Below are positions 1 through 10,734 of a DNA stretch of 64,000 bases, one piece after another. This DNA is from an uncultured Gemmatimonadales bacterium (lineage in GTDB: Bacteria; Gemmatimonadota; Gemmatimonadetes; Gemmatimonadales; GWC2-71-9). Below the pieces are notes generated by a model, which saw only the letters and a list, made by a program, of their open reading frames with translations, was not told where the DNA came from and searched no databases. The DNA lies in contig CAVYSW010000003.1 of assembly GCA_963771275.1 (NCBI GenBank), forward strand, positions 736,001-800,000. The letters run 5' to 3'. The translations under genes were made by a program, and so were the position numbers. How positions within the stretch are numbered: position 1 is the stretch's first letter; each line of letters opens with the position of its first letter.

Positions 1-570
1 CCGCACCACCGCGGCCCGGCGCGGGTCACTCTCCCGGCACAGGTTGCAGCTCGATCCGATCGATACGTACAGGTGGTCGTCGCGGAACAGGATCGTCCGG
101 GTGAAGTGGTTGCCGCCCGTGGGGAGACCGTCGACCACGACCTCGACCCGCCGGCCGGGCGGCACGAGCCGGATCACCCGATGCTCCTCGGCGATATACA
201 GCGTGTCGCCCCGGAACGCGAGCCCGTGCGGACCGCGCAGGCCCTCGATCACGACCGTCGGCGCCTCGGCCCGGCCGTCCCCGTCGGTGTCCGTCAGGCG
301 CACCACCTTCCCCGGCCGCCGCAGCGACGCGTAGATCGCCCCGTCGGGACCCGCGGCCATGAACCGCACGTTGTCCAGATCCTCGGCGAACACCCCCACA
401 CGGAAGCCGCGCGGCACCGTCAGCGCGTGGCCACCCACCTGCTGGGTGACAGACGCCGAATCCGGTGCAGCGCGCTGTTGGGACCTGGCGTCGCCGCCGG
501 GACCACACGCGGGGAACGCCAAGAGCAGGAGCGGCAGGAGGGGGAGGGCAGAGAACACCGTCGGCCTCAA
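1..570 (-). CDS. PQQ-dependent glucose/sorbosone dehydrogenase family protein (N-terminal part; runs off window start)
   Basis: Not in the ORF track. Hand translation from TTG at 570 gives signal-like LRPTVFSALPLLPLLLLAFPAC, then LTVPRGFRVGVFAEDLDNVRFMAAGPDG...DTDGDGRAE...GLRGPHGLAF...GGNHFTRTI...LYVSIGSSCNLCRESDPRRAAVVR, typical of sorbosone dehydrogenases. Confidence 0.8.
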   Translation of the reverse strand, partial: MRPTVFSALPLLPLLLLAFPACGPGGDARSQQRAAPDSASVTQQVGGHALTVPRGFRVGVFAEDLDNVRFMAAGPDGAIYASLRRPGKVVRLTDTDGDGRAEAPTVVIEGLRGPHGLAFRGDTLYIAEEHRVIRLVPPGRRVEVVVDGLPTGGNHFTRTILFRDDHLYVSIGSSCNLCRESDPRRAAVVR

Positions 571-605
571 TCCCTGCCCCTCTCCCCCTCTGCCCCCTCT
601 CCCCC
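525..605. repeat. Dispersed purine/pyrimidine inverted element built on the AGCGGCAGG unit (copy 1)
   Basis: GCAGGAGCGGCAGGAGGGGGAGGGCAGAGA, a ~17-nt spacer, then CCCTGCCCCTCTCCCCCTCTGCCCC; same architecture as 17591-17687. Confidence 0.55.
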
Positions 606-607
606 GG

Positions 608-1696
608 TCAGTCAGCATAGATCCCCTCCACCGCACTCTCCGGCGCGGGCATTCTCGTGCGGCGGCTCTCGAGCGCCTGCTCGACCGCGTGATCCACCTC
701 CTCGCTCACCCGCCGCTCCACCTGCTCGATCCGTGTGGCGGCGATCCCCCGGCCCTTGAGCCACTCCTCGTACACGCCGATCGGGTCGCGCTTCCCCCAG
801 TAAACGAACAGGTCGGGCGGCAGCACGACCCGCGCTTCCTGCTCGTCGTGCGTGGCGTGCCCGCCCATGCGGAACGTCTCCGCATCGAGCAGCACCGGTC
901 CGTCTCCGGCCCGACAGCGCTCCGCGGCCATCCGGGTCGCGGCGTACGCATCCACCACGTTGTTGCCGTCGAACGACCACCCGGCGCAGCCGTACGCCGT
1001 GTGCAGCGCGCGGAAGGTCTCGGGCCGGTGATGGGCGGCCACCGGGGTGCCCAGCGCGACCTGGTTGTTCTGGATGATGAAGATCACCGGGAGCTGCTGC
1101 ACGGCGGCCAGGTTCACCGCCTCGTGGGTCGGCCCGGCGTTGACCGAGCCGTCGCCGATCCACGTCAGCACGACCCTGGCCTCGCGGCGGATCTTCGCGG
1201 CGAGGGCGATGCCGACCGCGACGGGTGGCATGTTGCCGATGTTGGAGATCGGCTGGAGCACGCGGTGCGCTAGGTCGCCGACGTGGCCGTCGCGGCCGCG
1301 CGAGGGCGTTTCCGCGGTGCCGAGGTAGCCGCACAGCATCGTGCTGACCGCCATGCCCATCTCGCAGCAGGCGCCGGCGTTGCGGATCATCGGCGCCACG
1401 ATGTCCAGCGCGCGGTCGAGCGCGTGCACCGGCCCGACGGTGGTCGCCTCCTCGCCGGTCCCCAGCCAAGCTTTGGAGATCACGCCCTGCCGCACCCAGC
1501 GCTTGAGCGCGATGTCGTGCAGCCGGGTCCGCACCATCCCCGCATAGAGGTCGAGCAGCTGCGGCTCGCCGAGCGCATCGACTACCGCGCGGCGCGCGGC
1601 ATCCGCCACCCAGGCGCGGCCGAACTGCTCGACCAGCACGGGGTCGGGAACCCAGTTCACGTATTCCGGGGGGTCGAACGCGGGGAAGCGTTGCAT
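608..1696 (-). CDS. Thiamine-pyrophosphate-dependent 2-oxoacid dehydrogenase E1 alpha subunit
   Basis: TPP-binding motif IGDGS...IIQNN, plus FRMGGHATHD and KRDPI; start taken at ATG 1696 (MQRFPAFDPP). Confidence 0.85.
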   Translation of the reverse strand: MQRFPAFDPPEYVNWVPDPVLVEQFGRAWVADAARRAVVDALGEPQLLDLYAGMVRTRLHDIALKRWVRQGVISKAWLGTGEEATTVGPVHALDRALDIVAPMIRNAGACCEMGMAVSTMLCGYLGTAETPSRGRDGHVGDLAHRVLQPISNIGNMPPVAVGIALAAKIRREARVVLTWIGDGSVNAGPTHEAVNLAAVQQLPVIFIIQNNQVALGTPVAAHHRPETFRALHTAYGCAGWSFDGNNVVDAYAATRMAAERCRAGDGPVLLDAETFRMGGHATHDEQEARVVLPPDLFVYWGKRDPIGVYEEWLKGRGIAATRIEQVERRVSEEVDHAVEQALESRRTRMPAPESAVEGIYAD

Positions 1697-1775
1697 GGGA
1701 TGGGACAATATTCCCGACCGCAAGCCGGGCGGCAAGTGAAGGTCTGGCGTCAAGCCTTCTCACGTCCCAGTTTGA

Positions 1776-4160
1776 ATGGCAATGCCGCTGAGCGAGTCCG
1801 ACACCCGAGCCAAGCTCATCGACCCCGCGCTCCATGCACGAGGCTGGACGGAGGACCTCATCCGCCGTGAAGAGACGGCGGGCCCCGTAGAGATCGTGAG
1901 CGGGCTGCCGCGGCGCCGGTCCCGAGGCAGGGTGGACTACACACTGCGGATCCGAGTCGGCGCAGAAACGCAGCCGCTCGCGGTCGCCCTGATCGAAGCC
2001 AAGGCCGAGGACCTCCCAGCCAACCACGGGCTCGAGCAGGGGAAGTTGTACGCGTCGGCCCGCCGGCTCAACGTGCCGTTCGTGTTCGCGTCCAACGGGC
2101 ACCAGTTCGTCGAGTACGACCACTTCACGGGACTCACGACTGCGCCGCGCAGCATCGTCGAGTTCCCGACGCCGGCGGACCTGCGGGCACGGTACGAGGG
2201 GGGCATGGGCTTCAGCCTCGAGGCGCCCGTCGCGCGGCCCCTCTTGATGCGCTACCCGGGCGGCGAGGCGATGCGCCGGTACTATCAGGATGCGGCGATC
2301 CGTGCCACACTGGAAAAACTGGCTCGCGGCGAGAAGCGAATCCTGCTCTCGCTCGCCACCGGCTCGGGCAAGACGTTCATCGCCGTACATCTCCTGAAAC
2401 GGATCGCCGATGCGGGGCAGCTCCGGCGGGCGCTGTTCGTGTGCGACCGGGACGAGTTGCGCGGCCAGGGGCTTCAGGCGTTCCAGAACGTGTTCGGGGC
2501 GGATGCGGCCCCGGTGTCCGGTGACAACCCGCAGAAGAACGCCCGCATCCTCATCGCCACCTATCAGACGCTCGACGTGGACAGCGACGGCGCGGACGCG
2601 AGCTTCCTGGTATCTCACTACCCCGAGAACTACTTCAGCCACATCGTGATCGACGAGTGCCACCGCTCAGCGTGGGGCAAGTGGTCGCTCGTGCTCACCC
2701 GGAACCCGCAGGCCGTGCAGATCGGCCTCACGGCCACGCCACGAACGCTCGAGATCACGGAGTACTCGCGGGAGGCCGAGACCGATCGTCGCTTGACGGC
2801 CGACAACCTGCGCCACTTTGGTGATCCCACGTACGAATACGACATGGCGCAGGGGATCGAAGACGGGTACCTCGCCGCCTGCGAGATCGTGCGACGGGAC
2901 ATCTTCCTCGATCGGAAACCCATGTCGGAGCGGGAGAGCGGAGTCGAGAAAGCCGATCTGTCGGGCAAGACCGTGGCGGACGCGCTGACCGGTGAGGTGG
3001 TGCCGGCCAAGCAAATCAGAGACCGCTACGATGCGCCCAGCTTCGAGGACAAGCTGCTCCTACCCGAGCGGGTGGGCGCGATGTGCCGGGACTTGTTCGA
3101 CCAGCTCCTGGCGACCGGCGGTCCCGAGCAGAAGACCATCGTGTTCTGCGCGCGGGACCGGCACGCCGATGACGTGGCAGCGGCACTCAACAACCTGTAT
3201 GCCGCGTGGTGTGAGCGGGAGGGGCGGCCCCGGGTCGAGCCGTACGCGTTCAAGTGCACGGCGGCCTCCGGCGGGGGTGACTTCCTGCCGGACCTGCGCG
3301 GCGCCACGCGGCGCTACTTCGTGGCGACTACCGTGGAGCTGCTGACCACGGGCGTGGACGTCCCCGCGGTACGGAACATCGTGTTCTTCAAGTACGTGGC
3401 GTCGCCGATCGCGTTCTATCAGATGGTGGGGCGCGGGACCCGGCTCCACCCGCCCACCGGGAAGCTGATGTTCCGGGTGTACGACTATACAGACGCGACC
3501 CGGCTGTTCGGCGAGGAGTTCCGCACCCGGTGGTCCCCGCCCCGGCCCGGGCCGGAGCCCCCGCCCCCGCCGCCGCCTGAGCGGGCCATCGTGGTGGAGG
3601 GATTCGACGTCCGGGTGAGCGCAGCCGGTGTGTACCTCGTGACCAGCGTGGACGGCCGCGCGGTGCCAGTGACGCTGGAGGAGTACAAGGAGCGTCTTGC
3701 CGCGCGGCTGGTGGCCGAGGCGGCGACCCTCGAGGAGTTCCGCACGCGGTGGATTGCGCCCGCCGAGCGGCGTGACCTGCTAGGGCGGCTACCGGACGGC
3801 GGGCGCTCGGCCGAGCTGGTGCGTCAGGTGGAGGACATGGCGGATTACGATCTCTACGACGTGCTGGCCGAGCTGGGCTACGGGTTGAACGCGCTCACCC
3901 GGCCACGGCGGGTCGAGGCGTTCGGGTACAAGCACGCCGCGTGGCTGCGCTCTCTGCCCGGCCCTGCCGCGAAGACGCTGCGTGCCCTGGCGTCGCAGTT
4001 CGCCGGCGGAAGTAGCGATCCTCCGGTACGTGGCACAGACCTACCTGTCGCTCACGGCCAAGGACCTGTGCGACGACGTGGTGTATCAGACTCCTCCCAT
4101 GAAACGTGCCAAGGTCGGGGAACGACTGGACATGGACAAGATGAAGCCGCGCAAGCCTGA
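1776..4160 (+). CDS. hsdR: Type I restriction enzyme R subunit (EcoEI-like) with aberrant C-terminus after ~4004
   Basis: N-terminal SESDTRAKLIDPAL; nuclease VDY...IEAK; Walker A LATGSGKT; DECH box; GLTATP; QMVGRGTR. The ~50 aa after ALASQFA look like out-of-frame read-through. Confidence 0.85.
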   Translation: MAMPLSESDTRAKLIDPALHARGWTEDLIRREETAGPVEIVSGLPRRRSRGRVDYTLRIRVGAETQPLAVALIEAKAEDLPANHGLEQGKLYASARRLNVPFVFASNGHQFVEYDHFTGLTTAPRSIVEFPTPADLRARYEGGMGFSLEAPVARPLLMRYPGGEAMRRYYQDAAIRATLEKLARGEKRILLSLATGSGKTFIAVHLLKRIADAGQLRRALFVCDRDELRGQGLQAFQNVFGADAAPVSGDNPQKNARILIATYQTLDVDSDGADASFLVSHYPENYFSHIVIDECHRSAWGKWSLVLTRNPQAVQIGLTATPRTLEITEYSREAETDRRLTADNLRHFGDPTYEYDMAQGIEDGYLAACEIVRRDIFLDRKPMSERESGVEKADLSGKTVADALTGEVVPAKQIRDRYDAPSFEDKLLLPERVGAMCRDLFDQLLATGGPEQKTIVFCARDRHADDVAAALNNLYAAWCEREGRPRVEPYAFKCTAASGGGDFLPDLRGATRRYFVATTVELLTTGVDVPAVRNIVFFKYVASPIAFYQMVGRGTRLHPPTGKLMFRVYDYTDATRLFGEEFRTRWSPPRPGPEPPPPPPPERAIVVEGFDVRVSAAGVYLVTSVDGRAVPVTLEEYKERLAARLVAEAATLEEFRTRWIAPAERRDLLGRLPDGGRSAELVRQVEDMADYDLYDVLAELGYGLNALTRPRRVEAFGYKHAAWLRSLPGPAAKTLRALASQFAGGSSDPPVRGTDLPVAHGQGPVRRRGVSDSSHETCQGRGTTGHGQDEAAQA

Positions 4161-4275
4161 CCCCTTGGGGTTCAATCTCGAGCGCATGCTCGCCGGCGAG
4201 GCCTCCGCGGAGGCGGGCCGCTATCAGCCATTGCGCGAGGCAATGGATGAGCTACGAGCTCGCCTTAACGCCTGA
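4000..4275 (+). pseudogene. 5'-truncated antitoxin, Panacea (DUF4065/SocA)-like C-terminal half
   Basis: SPAEVAILRYVAQTYLSLTAKDLCDDVVYQTPPM...GERLDM resembles the end of Panacea domains; tail GRYQPLREAMDELRARLNA overlaps the downstream toxin; no convincing start or RBS. Confidence 0.5.
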
Positions 4276-4531
4276 GGCGCGCGAGGACATTCACCAGCTC
4301 GTATCCTCCCTGCCTCCGCGCGTCCGCGAGGACGCGTTGCATGCCATCGAAACCGAGCTCGAGAAGCTCGCCCTGAACCCGGGGCTCGCGGTCCGGTCCA
4401 CGCTCGGCCGCCCGACCTTGCGATTTCGCTTCATCGTGGGCGGCGCCACCTACCACTGGGCCGCCACATTCGGCTACTCCCAGGATGAGCGGACGATCGT
4501 GATCACCCATGTCTTCCGGACTGCGCTCTGA
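4247..4531 (+). CDS. RelE/ParE-superfamily toxin
   Basis: 94 aa; MSYELALTPEAREDI start and ERTIVITHV end match the RelE/ParE fold pattern; overlaps the upstream antitoxin-like ORF. Confidence 0.6.
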   Translation: MSYELALTPEAREDIHQLVSSLPPRVREDALHAIETELEKLALNPGLAVRSTLGRPTLRFRFIVGGATYHWAATFGYSQDERTIVITHVFRTAL

Positions 4532-4564
4532 ACATGAGCCAACCACCCGACGCCGAAGGCGACC

Positions 4565-6097
4565 ATGACGGGTAAGGGTCGGCGCAAGGCCGGGAACCGG
4601 AAGCTCGTCACCCCCCAGTCCGTCAACGCGACCGTCAAGACGATCTGCGATATCATGCGCCGCTCAAACTGCGCCGGCGCGCTCCAGTACGTCCCGGAGC
4701 TGACGTGGATCCTGTTCCTCCGCATCCTGGACGAGCGTGAGGCGGCAGAGGCCGATCAGGCGCGCGCCGTCCGTGCCGAATTCCGGCCGTCCCTCGAAGC
4801 ACCCTACCGCTGGCGCGACTGGGCGGCCCCGGACGGCGCCAAGCGCCGGCAGTTGGCCGAGGGGGCGCTCGGAGGGTTGTACCGGTTCGTGAACGAAGAC
4901 CTCCTGCCGCACCTTCGGGGCCTGCGCGACCGACCCGGTGCCGGCCCGCGCCAGAAGATCATCGGCGAGATGATGTCGGGCGTGGAGCGGACACGGGTGG
5001 ACACCGAGCGGAACTTCTTGGACATCCTCGACAAGGTGAACGAGATCAGCGCCGAGGACGTGGACCCGACCCACGTCTTCGCGCTGTCTCAGGTGTACGA
5101 GGGCCTGCTGCTCAAGATGGGAGAGAAGAACAACGACGGGGGTCAGTTCTTCACGCCGCGTGAAGTGATCCGGGCCATGGTGCGGGTCGTGGACCCGAAG
5201 ACCGGCGAGACCGTCTACGACCCCGGGTGCGGCACGGGCGGCTTCCTCGCCCAGGCGTTCGAGCACATGGCGGGGCCGGACGGCGCGCGCATCACGTCAC
5301 CCGACGATCTCGAGACGCTGAAGCACCACACCTTCTACGGCCGCGAAAAGGACAACGCCGTCTATCCCATCGCGCTCGCCAATCTCGTCCTGCACGGCAT
5401 TGACGAGCCGCACGTCTGGCATGGCAACACGCTCACCGGCCAGGAGACCTACGGCGGTCTGTTCGAGGGGGCGCCACCGCTCTACGACGTGGTACTCATG
5501 AACCCGCCGTTCGGCGGCAAGGAGGGGAAGGATGCGCAGACGCGGTTTGCGTACAAGACGGGCGCCACCCAGGTGCTCTTCCTCCAGCACGTGATGGACA
5601 GTCTCAAGCCGGGCGGCCGCTGCGGGATCGTGCTGGACGAGGGCGTGCTGTTTCGCACCAACGAGATCGCTTTCGTCCAGACCAAGCGCAAGCTGCTCGA
5701 CGAGTTCGACCTCTGGTGCCTCGTCAGTCTCCCGGCCGGCGCGTTCGTGAACGCCGGCGCGGGCGTGAAGACCAACCTGCTGTTCTTCACCAGGGGTGGC
5801 CCAACGGAGCGGATCTGGTACTACGACCTGTCGGGCGTGAAAGTGGGGAAGAAGTCCCCCCTCACGCTGGCGCACTTTGAGGAGTTCTTCCGGCTGCTGC
5901 CGGAGCGGGGAGCAAGCGAGCGCAGCTGGACCGTCTCGCGCACCGAGGTGGAGGCCCGCGGCTACGACATCAAGGCCGTGAACCCCAACGCCCGGCCTGA
6001 CGCGGACACACGGACTCCGGAGGAACTACTCCAGATCATCGAGGACAAGGGGCGCGAGATCCAGCAGGCGCTCGCGGACCTTAGGCGAACCTTGTAG
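4565..6097 (+). CDS. hsdM: Type I restriction-modification N6-adenine methyltransferase M subunit
   Basis: GQFFTPREVI, SAM-binding motif YDPGCGTGGF, catalytic NPPF. Confidence 0.92.
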   Translation: MTGKGRRKAGNRKLVTPQSVNATVKTICDIMRRSNCAGALQYVPELTWILFLRILDEREAAEADQARAVRAEFRPSLEAPYRWRDWAAPDGAKRRQLAEGALGGLYRFVNEDLLPHLRGLRDRPGAGPRQKIIGEMMSGVERTRVDTERNFLDILDKVNEISAEDVDPTHVFALSQVYEGLLLKMGEKNNDGGQFFTPREVIRAMVRVVDPKTGETVYDPGCGTGGFLAQAFEHMAGPDGARITSPDDLETLKHHTFYGREKDNAVYPIALANLVLHGIDEPHVWHGNTLTGQETYGGLFEGAPPLYDVVLMNPPFGGKEGKDAQTRFAYKTGATQVLFLQHVMDSLKPGGRCGIVLDEGVLFRTNEIAFVQTKRKLLDEFDLWCLVSLPAGAFVNAGAGVKTNLLFFTRGGPTERIWYYDLSGVKVGKKSPLTLAHFEEFFRLLPERGASERSWTVSRTEVEARGYDIKAVNPNARPDADTRTPEELLQIIEDKGREIQQALADLRRTL

Positions 6098-6108
6098 CTG
6101 CCCTCCCC

Positions 6109-8166
6109 TCAGCCGACCGTCGGGAACTCGGCGATGCGGATCTTGGTGCAGCCGTAGGGCACCAGCGTGACGTCCTCGTCCGGCGCGCTGGACGACGCCG
6201 GGCTCCACGGCAGCGGACCGGTGGCCGGGCCGTACGGCTGCCACTCGGCGATGCGCCGCGCGCGGGCGCGCAGCACGACCGGAGCCGCGTCCGCCATCCA
6301 GGGCTGGTCGCCGACCGGCAGGCGCTCGAGCCCGAACGCGGTCTCGCCCGCCTCGAGGTCCTTTTCCAGCAGGCCGTAGTTCCACGGCTCGTCCGTCGTG
6401 ATCTCGTAGTCGGAGTACGGCGCTGTCCCGCCGACCGCCGTCCACCGCTCGCGCCGCCTGAGCGCGAACACCAGCGGGCCCCGCTCGATGCCGGCCGCCT
6501 GCTCGTGCCAGCGGGACACCCTGAGCGGCATCGGCAGGGTGAGCTCCACGCGGTCACCCGCGCGCCAGGCTCGCTCGAGGCGAAGCATGGTCCCGGGTGT
6601 CGGCGCCGCAAGCGGCTGGCCGTTCACGGCGACGGAGGCTCCAACGGCCCACGTGGGGACGCGCAGCTCGAGCGGGAAGGTCGTCTCGGCCGGACCGTCG
6701 TACACGAGCCGCACCGTCTCTTCGAACGGGTAGGTGGTCTCCTCGGTGAACCGCACCTCCACGCCGGGGCCCACGCGCGCCCGCACCGCGCACGGCCCGT
6801 AGACCAGCGCGGCGAGGCCGCCGTCGAGGGTCGCCATCCAGAGGTGCGCCACGAGCTTCGGCCAGCCCTGGTGGAGGTTGGCGGTGCAGCAGGGATACCC
6901 CGTGCGGAGCCCGACCATCGTGGCGTCGGCGTACGGGGTCGAGAAGCTGCGGTAGCCGCGGCTGCAGGCGATCTCGTTGGGCGACTGGTAGTAGTGCCGT
7001 CCCGCGAAGTGCGGGCTCAAGGCCGCCGGCAGGGCGTTGTACGCCACGCGCTCGATGCGATCGGCGTGGTCGACGCGCCCGGTGATGGGGAGCAACGTCT
7101 CCAGGCTGTGGAGGTACTCGACCACGGCGCAGGTCTCGATCCCGTGGGTCGGGTCGGTCCCATGGAGCATCTCGTCACCGGAGAACGTGCCCTGGACCTG
7201 CCCGTGGACGGTCATGAGGTGGCGGAGGCCGGCCTCGACCGCGTCGAGGTAGCGCGTCTCGCCCGACTGCGCGTACCACACGCCGGGCTGCTTCACCCCC
7301 ATGGCCGTGTTGACGCCGTGCCACGCGTCGTAGTTCCCCGTGAAGCGGCCGGTCCAGTCGACCGTCTGCCGGAACACCAGCTCGCCCAGGTCCAGCAGCC
7401 AGGCGTCACCGGTCCGGTTGTAGAGCCAGTGAATGGCGGCGAGGTTCTCGCCGCCCCGCTCGGCGCCCCAGAACGTGTAGTGGCCGAGCGGCTTCCCGGG
7501 CAGCTCGCGCAGCTGGAAGCGGAAGTAGTCGCGCAGCAGCTCGAGGACCCGGCTGTCACCGGTCACGTCGTGGTGCTGCGTGAGGACCTTGAGCATCACC
7601 ATACGGGGCCACCAGTCGGCGCCGGGCATCGGCCGCCGGCCGCCGCCCTGCGGCCGGTCCACGTCCGGCCCGAAGAACCCATCCGGCCGCCGACTGCCCA
7701 GCGCGGCCTCCGCCCAGCGGGTGCTCTTGGCCATCAGCTGCTCGTCCTCGACCAGCCAGGCAAGCGGCAGCAGCCCGTCCGCCCAGTACGGCCCGCGCTC
7801 CCACGCGTCGCCACCCCCACCGAGCCAACCATTTTCCGGGCCGACGTCGGCCCAGAGCGTGTCGAGCTGCCCGCTCATCCCGCGCGCCCAACCCTCGAGC
7901 TGTGCCCGCAGCCACCCGCCTGGCTTCACCGCACCCAGCGGCAGGGACGTGAAGCGCTGCGGCACGAGCGGACCGCGGTTGGTGACGTAGTGGCGAATGC
8001 GCGGCGGACCGGGTCGAGACGCCGGGGACGTCGACATGACGGAACGTGCCTCGCTGTTGGTTGGGAGTCCGGCGAGCGTGATCACGGCGCACGCCGTTCC
8101 TTCCACGAAGCGGCGGCGGGTAACGCGGGCCCGGGCGCGATCGGACCAGGCGGCTGGGGTGTCCAT
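6109..8166 (-). CDS. GH127-family beta-L-arabinofuranosidase-like glycoside hydrolase, Tat-exported
   Basis: Twin-arginine TRRRFVEG; LGAVKPGGWL, WERGPYW, HGVN, IETCAVVE, YPCCTANLHQGWPK, LVPYGCT. Confidence 0.85.
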   Translation of the reverse strand: MDTPAAWSDRARARVTRRRFVEGTACAVITLAGLPTNSEARSVMSTSPASRPGPPRIRHYVTNRGPLVPQRFTSLPLGAVKPGGWLRAQLEGWARGMSGQLDTLWADVGPENGWLGGGGDAWERGPYWADGLLPLAWLVEDEQLMAKSTRWAEAALGSRRPDGFFGPDVDRPQGGGRRPMPGADWWPRMVMLKVLTQHHDVTGDSRVLELLRDYFRFQLRELPGKPLGHYTFWGAERGGENLAAIHWLYNRTGDAWLLDLGELVFRQTVDWTGRFTGNYDAWHGVNTAMGVKQPGVWYAQSGETRYLDAVEAGLRHLMTVHGQVQGTFSGDEMLHGTDPTHGIETCAVVEYLHSLETLLPITGRVDHADRIERVAYNALPAALSPHFAGRHYYQSPNEIACSRGYRSFSTPYADATMVGLRTGYPCCTANLHQGWPKLVAHLWMATLDGGLAALVYGPCAVRARVGPGVEVRFTEETTYPFEETVRLVYDGPAETTFPLELRVPTWAVGASVAVNGQPLAAPTPGTMLRLERAWRAGDRVELTLPMPLRVSRWHEQAAGIERGPLVFALRRRERWTAVGGTAPYSDYEITTDEPWNYGLLEKDLEAGETAFGLERLPVGDQPWMADAAPVVLRARARRIAEWQPYGPATGPLPWSPASSSAPDEDVTLVPYGCTKIRIAEFPTVG

Positions 8167-8212
8167 CGCGGCTCCTCTGAGGGGACGCCGGTCTCGTGCT
8201 GTGGCGCGGCGG

Positions 8213-9249
<1,037 letters not shown>

Positions 9250-9253
<4 letters not shown>

Positions 9254-10734
9254 GTTTCCACCTGGTTCCGTCCGCTGCCTTTCGCACGGTACATGGCCGC
9301 GTCCGCGCCCGCGATCAGCGCGTCCACGGTTTCGATGCCCGGGGCGGGCAGCGTCGCGACGCCGATCGACGCCGTAACGTACAGCGGCTCATCCGTTTGC
9401 GCGAAGTTGTGCTGCGCGATCCGCTGACGGATCCGGTCGGCGACGACGACCGCGCCGTCGGACGCCGTCTCGGGCAGCGCGAGCACGAACTCGTCGCCCC
9501 CGTAGCGGGCCACGACGTCCACCGACCGTGCCTCGCGGCGCAACAACTCCCCGATCTGGCGCAGCACCGCGTCCCCCGCGAGGTGGCCACACCGATCGTT
9601 CACCGTCTTGAACGCGTCGAGGTCGACCAGCAGCACCGCCAGCGTCTGCTGGTACCGCTTCACCCGCTCGACTTCCCGCTCCAGCCAGTCGAACAGCGCC
9701 CGACGATTGAAGCAGGCGGTGAGCGGGTCGGTCCGCGCCAGCTCCTGAAACCGCTCGCGATCGGAGATCGCCGACTCGAGGTCGTAGGCCCGGTCGATCG
9801 CGTTGACGGCGGCGCCGATCACCGTGCCGGCGAACGCGACATCCGCTTCCTGGAGCGGCTGGTCGTCCTGGCTCGTCCGCAGGAAAAAGACGCCGCGCTG
9901 CTCCCGGCGCAACGAGAACGGAATCGCGATGGCGGAGCGGGTGACGATCTCCACGCCCTCACGATCCCATTCCGGGCGCACCTCGTCGTACAGCGGGTCG
10001 GTGAGCACGTCCCGGACCAGCACCGGCTGACCCGTTTCCAGGGCGCGACGGACCTCCGGGTACCGGCGCAGCTCGATCCGGAGATTGCGCAGCATCGGGT
10101 TGTCGAAGGCCGCCACGACCAGCCCGTACAGGTCACCGGCGTGGGCGATGATCATCGAGCATTTCGACAGGCCGAGCACCTTGGCCACGCGCCGCGCCAG
10201 GATGTGGTAGATCTCGTCGGGCTTGAGCGAGTCGGTGATCTCGTGCAGGATGTCGAGCATCTCGGCGCGCACGCGCGCCTCGCTCGTGCGCATCTCGGCT
10301 TCCTGCGCGTTGCGCCGGGCGTCGGCCCGCGCCGCCCGCAGCGTCCGGCTCGCCCGCAGCCGGGCATCCACGCGGGCGAGCAGCTCCCGGACGCGGAACG
10401 GCTTGGCGACGAAATCGTCGGCGCCGAGCCCGAGGGAGCGCTGCGTCGCCTCCTCCGGAGGCATCGACGAGATCATCAGCACCGGCAGCCCTTCCCAGGC
10501 CGGATCCGACCGGATCCGCTCGAGCAGCTCCAGTCCGTCCACCTTGGGCATCATGATGTCGAGCATCAGCAGGTCGGGGTGCTCGGCTTCGAGCACCTCG
10601 AGCAGACGCTCGCCACCTTCAACGGGGATGACCTCGTGGCCCTGCGCTCGCAGGATGTAGACCAGCGTCTTGAGCAGGGTCTGGTCGTCGTCCGCGACGA
10701 CGATCCTGGCTCCTTCCGGCGCGGCCGCCGTCAC
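9250..10734 (-). CDS. Receiver-GAF-GGDEF diguanylate cyclase
   Basis: REC domain (VADDD...LDIMMP...KPF), GAF-like middle, intact GGDEF with RxxD I-site (RSVD); GTG start overlaps the upstream stop (GTGA). Confidence 0.9.

Noticed and set aside
1720..6108. RM island as an intact mobile element
   Set aside because: No integrase, transposase, tRNA target or flanking direct repeats were found by eye.
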